A stretch of 64,000 nucleotides of DNA from NCBI GenBank assembly GCA_012026655.1, contig JAAILG010000149.1, positions 1-64,000 on the forward strand, in the 5' to 3' direction. The position numbers were made by a program, and so were the translations under genes. A model generated the notes under the pieces. It saw only the letters and a list, made by a program, of their open reading frames with translations, was not told where the DNA came from and did not search any database. Shown here piece after piece: positions 9,706 through 64,000 of the stretch (the stretch's first letter is position 1; every line of letters starts with the position of its first letter). This DNA is from Hydrolagus affinis. Its lineage: Eukaryota.

Positions 9706-11099
9706 GTTTTACCATTTTTAAACAAAAAATTACTGCAAATAGTGACTCAAGAAAAGTAAGGTGAACAGCTGAGACTTTTAAAAAGTCAAAAAGATACTTT
9801 TTTTTAATCTTGTTAATTCTATAAAGTTCTAGGCAATGTAATGTGTGGTGATGATTGTGGGGTAGGGGGGGGGGCAGTCACTGAGGGTCCAGGGGGATGC
9901 CTGAATGTTGTTTCTCGCCCACAAATACTATTCCGCCCACAAACATGGTCAATTCACTTTACAGTACATCCTGTGAAGCGCTGTGAGACGTCTAGAAGAC
10001 GTGAAATACGCTAAATCAAATGCAAGGATTATTATTTCTTATTTTATTATAATCCTAATAACTACGTTGCCCGTCTTATCCACAACCCATTTATATCGAC
10101 AACTCGTGAGGGTCAACAAAAACATGACATAAATATGGCCCTGGTGTGCAAAATAGCATAACTTCCACCATTAAAGGACAACCCTGTACTAGGGGGTAAA
10201 TAACCAAAAGAGCAAGTTTCAGTTGCCCCCACCGTGACTGGAACAAATCATGTCCTAACAGAGCAGTAAAAAAAACTGATGTTTCAAAAGTGAAGTGAAT
10301 CCTCAGGGTGGTGGGGGGGGAGAAGATAAAAATGACTTTTTTTTAAGTGATAATGAAAATTGTCACTGAAAAACTATGACATTATAATCAAAATAACAAT
10401 CCTTGCATTTGATAGTGCCTGAATCACTTGGTTGAGACGTCTCAAAGCACTTCACAGAATGTACAAGTATTGTGAGGTGAGTGGACTGTATATTTTGTGG
10501 CGGAAACATGTCATCCAATTGCACACAGCAGTGTCCCGCAAACAGGAAAATACAACCATTGTATCTACAATGTATCTATGCATGAGTAGGTTGCGCTCAC
10601 AAAATAATCAATCCATGATGCAGTCTATCCTGTGTAGTGCTTTGAGATGTATTATCAACGTGATAAGAGCGCTATATCAATTGCAAGGATTATTATTCAC
10701 TGATTTTGGAAGATTACTTTGATAAGTTGAAAAACACCTAACTGTTCAGAGGCTTTTTATGGCAAGTATTTTTTTGTAGGGAAAAGCCTTCTCTGCAAAC
10801 AGGAGTAGTCAGCATTCTAAGACGCTATCCTAGGTGAAAGGCTTTATACAACTGCAAGTTATTGTGGGAAGCTGATCAGCTAACCAAATACATCTATTCT
10901 GTTCTTGTTAATTCTGTATAAATACTACTTTGCTCAACACTGATCAAGGCCAGTTGCAATTGGTACAAAGTTGTTGGGAGCTGGATTATATTTGTCCAAC
11001 AACAACAACAACAAAATTGCAGTTGTATAGCGCCTTTCACATCAGGAGGACATCCCAAATATCATTAGACTTGTTGGTAGTTGTATTGGAGTAAAATAA

Positions 11100-11411
11100 A
11101 TAAATAGTCCTTGCATTTTGATATAGCGCTTTTTTACATCTTATTAACGTCTCAAAGGCACTTCACAGAATATACTGTAAAGTGAATTAACTATATACCT
11201 GTGGGCGAAACGCAGCAGCCAATTGTACACATCAGTGTCCCCCACAAACAGTCGTGGATTGAAAAATGACCAATTTTATTATTGTTTTTTTTGGACAGAT
11301 TATTAATATGGAGTAAGGAAACTTGCCCAAGGTTTCGCCCTGACTGGATTCGAACACAGGTCTCACACTTGGCGAGTAAGGTGAGTGCTATAACCACTGA
11401 GCAACAGGAGC
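11100..11411 (-). mobile_element. tRNA-derived SINE, same family
   Basis: Reverse complement of 19427-19719. Confidence 0.85.
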
Positions 11412-11494
11412 TGGACAGGTATGTGTCCAAATATCAATTAGGTTATTTGATTAAAGCTGGAGGAAAGAACTCCATGGAGACTTTAGATATCTTC

Positions 11495-11950
11495 TGCTCA
11501 TTTGTTAGAGCACTTGCCTTGCAAGCGAGAGACTTGGGTTCACTCCCCCTGTGCAGCGCCTTGGGACGTCCTCCCGATGTGAAAGGCGCTCTATAAATGT
11601 AATTTGTTGTTGTTGTTGTTGGGTTAAATTCCTAGCAGGGCAAAATGTTGGGCAAATTTCTTTACACTACACGCTTATTTACCTAGCAGTAAGTAGGAAC
11701 CCAGTTGTTAGTCGGGGATAATTTTTCCAAGGATAATAATCCTTCCAAAAATAATAATAATTTGGTCACTCAATTCACGACTATTTGTGGGACACTGCTG
11801 TGTGCAATTGACATTTCACCCAAATACTGTAAATTTACTTTACTGTATATTCTGTGAAGCGCTTTGAGACGTCTAGACAACGTGAAAAGCGCAATATCAA
11901 ATGCAAGGATTATAATATAATAATAAATAATAAATGCAAGGATTATTATT
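11495..11950 (+). mobile_element. tRNA-derived SINE interrupted by a nested L2-tail insertion (11541-11618)
   Basis: The head is split at TTGGGTT, which is duplicated at 11534-11540 and 11619-11625. Confidence 0.8.
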
Positions 11951-12664
11951 AAGCACAATGCGCACAAGCGATGGCATGTCGTTTTAAAAATATATTAGAG
12001 AGCTGACACCTTGTTCTGACAGGACAGAACATTCTACTCAGTTCATTGCGTTCATCAGATTGATTCCACCTTTAATAATGGTTACATTTCAAAGGCATTT
12101 ATGTAAAATGTAAAAATAGCCTTATCAACTTCTAATCAAAATGAAATGCTCAGAATATGATTCTTTCTATTCAAGTATTATAGTGAGCCCAGACAATTCT
12201 CAGCTCCAAACACGGATCTTTATTGATGAGAGGTGTATTAAAACCAGCCACTTACAAAAACACCAAATTGCGCAAAAAAAACCTAATAGAAACGGACGTG
12301 AAATTTACAGTACACACCAGCAGTATTAACCTGGCTTAGATTAGAATCTGAAAATTGGTGGCTGAGAAACTTGTTTATGTGCCATCTATAACAAAGTATC
12401 AAATGTTAATGACAGTCACAGTAGCTTAAATCACAAATAAACCAGTGCTGTGCTACAATTTAATAATGCATGAATGCAGGTTAGATGCCACGCATGCACC
12501 TGAATAGCGTTATATCAATAAGGAATTTGTGCCAGAACTCAAAATAGGGCAGCAAATTAATCTGATATGGAGCTGGTGAGGGAAAAAAAAATTGCAACCC
12601 TTCCCAAAAGGAAACAAAACAAATAGCGGAAGAGCAAGCTCGATTTTAAAAATTTCTAAAGCAG

Positions 12665-12670
12665 TTTATT
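12665..12670 (-). terminator. Probable USP4 polyadenylation signal (a second candidate lies at 12219-12224)
   Basis: AATAAA on the minus strand about 250 nt after the stop codon. Confidence 0.55.
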
Positions 12671-12920
12671 TTACAATATTGTATTGTTCATCAATTCACT
12701 TCTGTCAAATTAATAGAAGATTCTGCACCAGGGCAGAGCAGTTAAGCAACTGTTGTTAAATTTTGTGCACCTTACCATTCAGATCTGTTTTTGTTTTAAA
12801 AAATGGCATTACCAAGAGGTTTTGTTTGTGTATTTTTGAAGGCAGCTGGTGCTGATATAAGAGAGCAGCATAGTCCAATAACAGTTGATATATTTCTAGC
12901 AGGCAGATCATATTTCCAGC

Positions 12921-59142
<46,222 letters not shown>

Positions 59143-62100
59143 TACTCCCTCCCTCGGCTCCGGCCTGACTCACCCGCGCGCTGCTGCTATTCGCGCACCT
59201 TCTAGAAAGCCGAAGCCTCACTCCTCCCCCTGCCCACGTGACTCCTTCTCGCCCCCTTCCCGGCGCCCACCCACGTGACTTTCCCTCGCTATCTCCATCT
59301 CATGCACACACACCATTACGTCACAGGGAGCGCGCCCGCTGCGCAGCAACCACCAGCATGGGTTCGATGACGTAATTGAGAGAAACCCCCACAAGTCATA
59401 TTAAGAATAATCCTGAACCAAAATACTGTACAGTACTCGATAAGAATGTTCCCTGGCGTAAGATCAAAGTCCATCTAGCTCACCGTCCACCATACTAGCA
59501 GTTGCTTGGCATGTTCTGTGCTGTCCTAAACTGTACACATACTGTTAATATACCTCACTCCCTCCTTCCATTCCTGCCTCAAGACCCTCCTCTTCGATGG
59601 TCCCATCGGTCACCCCAAATCCCCTCCTTTCCCTCCACCCTCCCCGTTCCGGGTCCCAGCTCCTCCAACGGTGGGTGGAGGGTGCGAGGGACCATCAGGA
59701 GGTCAGTGCCAATCGAGCGGAAGCTCCGGGTAGTGGTTTGAGGAGTAAAGGAGGTCTCGGAAAGGTAGGGAGATGCCAGGGAATAAGTGGATAATACAAG
59801 TAGATATAGGGTTTTATCACACCTCGGGATGTCCTTGTGACATAAAGACTCAATGCAATTGTAATTTGTTCTTGTTGAGATGTCTTAAAAAAGTGCTTCA
59901 CACAATATACTGTAGAGTGAATTGACTATGTATTTTGTAGGTAAAACATGTTTTTGGTGTTTGGAATTCACCCCAAACCAAAAAGAACACGAGCTGAACT
60001 TATTCATCATAGATTTAGGTCCCCTCTTCTGCAGCTGTTCAGATGGATGATAATGATGGTATTGTTTGGTTCATAAAGAGGAGTTTCTCCCTTCCAATGT
60101 TCTGGCTGAAACCCCCCACCCCCCCAGATAGAATCAGCTATTGACTTCATGGCTATTTTTGTGTAAATTGGTTTCTGTGTTCACCTATAGACCACAATGA
60201 TACTACAACAACTTGCATTTATATAGCGCCCTGCACGCCAAATGGCATCTCAAAGCTCTTCACAATAGCGAAGCCCGGGGCCGAGCCAGGTGGAGGGGGA
60301 AGGTGACTGTAGGTGCAGTTGAACAGAAAGATCTACAGATGTGACCTTAAGATTGAAAAGGGTGAAGTGAGGGGATTGAATTTTGGGGCGTACTGACTGA
60401 AAATGCAGAGCGGAGGATTCAGGGGACAAGGAGGAGGCACGTACAGTACTACCATGATACAATGGAGCAACAATAATCCTTGCATTTAATATTGCACTGT
60501 ATCTCATCATTGAGTGTGGTGGGAACAGAGATGGGAGCAATAGTAGTGGAGAATAGATCAAAAGATCACTGACTTTCCATTTCTATCACCAACCCTGAAT
60601 AAGAACACAAACAATGTTACACTAAAGGAGTATTCTTATCCAAAAACTTTATTAATACAGCTATTGAAAATAACATCTCATACAAAACTCAATATGTTGT
60701 CTGCAAAATAGTATACAGAAAGCATATCCAAGAGAACTAGGTTATTAAATTTGGAAAAAGGTCACCTTTTACAGAGCAGATACAAAAAGACATACTTGTA
60801 CATTTTGCCTGAAAAGATTCCCCGTAATCTTTACAATGATCGATCATTTAAGTTGCAGCACAAACACATTTAACCATGCAGTTTCAAAATGATTTTCATT
60901 TCTCTTTATCTCTGGGTAGGACCAACAAATGAACTGCACTTATAAATATAGTTATGTCAAAAATGGCTTGCACCTTTTATTTCTGTTCAGATATTGCAGC
61001 TTAAATGTTAGACAAGCAACTGAGTTGGAATTGGACCATTACTAACACAAGTTCATGGTAAACCAGTGTAAGATTTATTGGGGAACAGATTCATGCATCA
61101 CTTGTTTCAAATTCCTCTTTGTACCAATTGCACTTTCACAAAAAAAATTCTTCAAGCTCACAAGAGATGACCTATTGGTTCACTGGCACCAATCTAAACA
61201 ACTACAGGCACCTACATTCATTATTCAAGCGAATAAAATGAAGGCCAACTTTTCTAGTTTCTTTGTGATATGAAAATTATCCCCACCCAAAGCAAGAGTT
61301 TCTAAGATTAATATAGTAGGTTGCATTCCATGTGGGATTTATAAGCCCTCACAGTCACTCTCGTCTCTGGGATACTACAGCTTTGGGGGCACAGACAAAA
61401 GGCCAAATCCAACCCTCCAGCTCAATAGGATGGCCTTAAGATTGAATTCAACCATTACAAATAACCAAATATACAATGGTTTCCAAGCTACAACCTAGTC
61501 TCGTTCTAACAAAATAAGCCAAATTTGGATTCCAACTCCAGATTCAAATAGAAATGTAATTTTTTTTAATCTAAGTGGAATATAATGCTACCATGGATAA
61601 AAGGTGCAACATTTCACTAAGTCCTTTAACAGCATGGGTTGGGTTGGATTTTATGTGGAAAAATAAGAACCTGGTGTTCAACCATCCATATTATTGCTTA
61701 GTCAATGTTCGATTATCAGATTATCAAAAGCCACAAGTACATTTAATACACCAATGATACTAATTAACACCTCCAAAGGTACTATTTAACCCACCAAAGG
61801 TACCAGAAAAATCCTATCTGTTGCCCATCTCCAATTGGTGGGATTGACCTCAAAGTTTCAGAATGACCTTTTCACCAGTTGACTGCATGTATTTCTTAAG
61901 GTCAAAAAGTTGCCATATTAAACAATACTGTTTCAAAAGGAGCTGGAATAAAGTTCATGTCAGAAAAACCTGCATCATCATTTATTTATAGATGAGTTAT
62001 TAGTAGCCTACAACTAGCGAAGCCCATCAACAGAAGTCAAAATGAAATTCACCTTCCAACTAAACACTATTTACACTATAAAACAAGAGTCTTTACAACC

Positions 62101-64000
62101 GTTTACAAGACCCTAGTATTAAAGCTAAGTTTCTGGACAATATTAAACAAGTCTCCCCTTTCCTCCTAGAGTTGAATAATAAACAGCTTTTCGCATTTTA
62201 ATAACACTTGCATTTTTGAATGCATTTCATTGAAATTGCATTAGTACACATACCACAACTCAACTAAGAAATCTCCTGGGAGACCAGCACTGCACTGAAG
62301 TAATTAACCATATTATGACTACCCTCCTGATGGGGGCTATTTCACCATTTCAGAGGTTGAGCCACAGAACATAGCTAGGTAGGCAGAGTCTGAATAATAA
62401 ACCACTCTTAACTCAACATTGGGAATGGAAAGAATTGCAAGGTTTCAAAAGCGAAAAACAAACAAGTCAAAATCTGATTTATAAATATCAAAGTTTTATA
62501 GTTATATATAAAAAAAGTTAGACCCATGGACGAGTAGCTCTTCCATATTTATGCATTAAAATCTGCAATGAAGTAAAAATTGGAAATTGTTCCCGGGGAG
62601 ATTGTGTAGTTCCCAGTTGCCAATATAACTGCCAAATATTGACATTAGCTTCTTTTGACATTGAAAGTCTTCAAAATTGGTAAGTGGCGTGCTGAGGAAG
62701 GGAAGAAAGAGTCCCATCCCCCATCCCAACATGTTTGACCGAATTTAACCAATGCCCTGGTCCTCATTGTAGTTTCTGTATCCCACAATGAAACCTTATT
62801 GAATTACTGCTTCAAAATGGGACGTGGAAAGACATTTTGTGACACTTGAGGTCAAGTACAACAACAACAAAATTACATTTGTAGAGCACCTTTCACATTG
62901 GGAGGACATAAAAGGCTACAGTGCTCGATAATGATCCAATTTTATGGATCAAGGAACAAGGTTGTGCAGTGCAACCTTAATGTTACAGTGGAGCATAATG
63001 TTCAACTACAGCAAGATGCTGCACATATCTGACAAACCTTTTTGTCCAGGTACACTGCAACTTGAAGGGTTTCAAGTGAAATAGCAATCTACAGAGCACA
63101 AGGTCATCTCAGCACCCCACCCCCCCCTCCCCCCCATTACAAAACATCAATGAGACTATGGAGGAATTGAAACAAGCTGACAGGGAAATGCAACTCTGTC
63201 ACACAAGATGCTTTCTGCCTTGTCGCTCAATCCATGTTATGGAAGATATGGCAATGGATAATAATTTGCCTTGAAAATGAATGTGCTCACACACAATGAT
63301 CCTCTGACCATCCATCTAAATACAGTTAAACACAAGTACTAAATACAATGAAGTTACTTCTGAATACAATTATCATCATTCTTCCACATGTTTCAGTTGT
63401 TGGTCAGTACACTAGAAAAACATGTGGGTAACAGGACTTTATAGACACATTGTGCTGTTCAGATACATTTGTTATTAAATTCCACACAAACCCATCTGCT
63501 AGTCCTTAATGCACAATCACGAGGTCACCACATCATTCTTTTGTCATTGTCAGGGATTGAAAACAAACAAGGAGATTTTGAACCAATTTAATGACAGCTA
63601 TGTTCTCACTGTGAATAGGTAACAAATGATCAGTAGTATCTGCCTGACACACAACACTACGTGTACCAGGTTCACATATTTTGCTGAAACAAAAACATGT
63701 TAATTTTCACACAATTTCCCAAGATATGTATAGTTTAACTGCATTAACTGGTTAACTTTAGATAAATATTGAAGCATTTCCCCAAATTCCATAACGTCTG
63801 ATAACACATAGCAGCAGACCCAGAAAATTGCTTCTTACAAACTGTTCGGCCCCTGGTGTAATGGCACATTTGGTTTGATGTATTGAGCAACCATGTTTTT
63901 AAATATTAACCCACAGTGCAACCATCCTTTAGACGGTTATGTATGGTGTAAATCTGTAAGATAGCTGATATGAAGTGGGAATGTATAAATCATACCATGA

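Overview
AT-rich, repeat-laden vertebrate genomic DNA with introns, not prokaryotic. The tRNA-headed, L2-tailed SINE and CR1/L2 landscape suggests a cartilaginous fish, probably a chimaera such as elephant shark (inference). Three genes can be reconstructed exon by exon with consistent splice phases. (1) A + strand GPX1/GPX2-type selenoprotein glutathione peroxidase (CDS 214-435 + 1666-2013, 189 aa, in-frame UGA at 328-330, type I SECIS at about 2723-2799). (2) A - strand C3orf62/MAPS homolog (3 coding exons, 258 aa, CpG-island promoter near 9.6 kb). (3) A - strand USP4 deubiquitinase (22 exons, 59142 to 12921, 978 aa). There is a 100-N assembly gap at 53542-53641. The most interesting signal is in the GPX. 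Just upstream of its SECIS lies a strong splice acceptor followed by an in-phase 35-codon Lys/Arg/Ser-rich ORF carrying monopartite and bipartite NLS patterns. The enzyme also lacks three of the five basic residues implicated in glutathione binding in GPX1. Together these suggest a candidate nuclear, possibly protein-thiol, GPX1-derived selenoenzyme. This is a hypothesis, and the required splice donor is weak.
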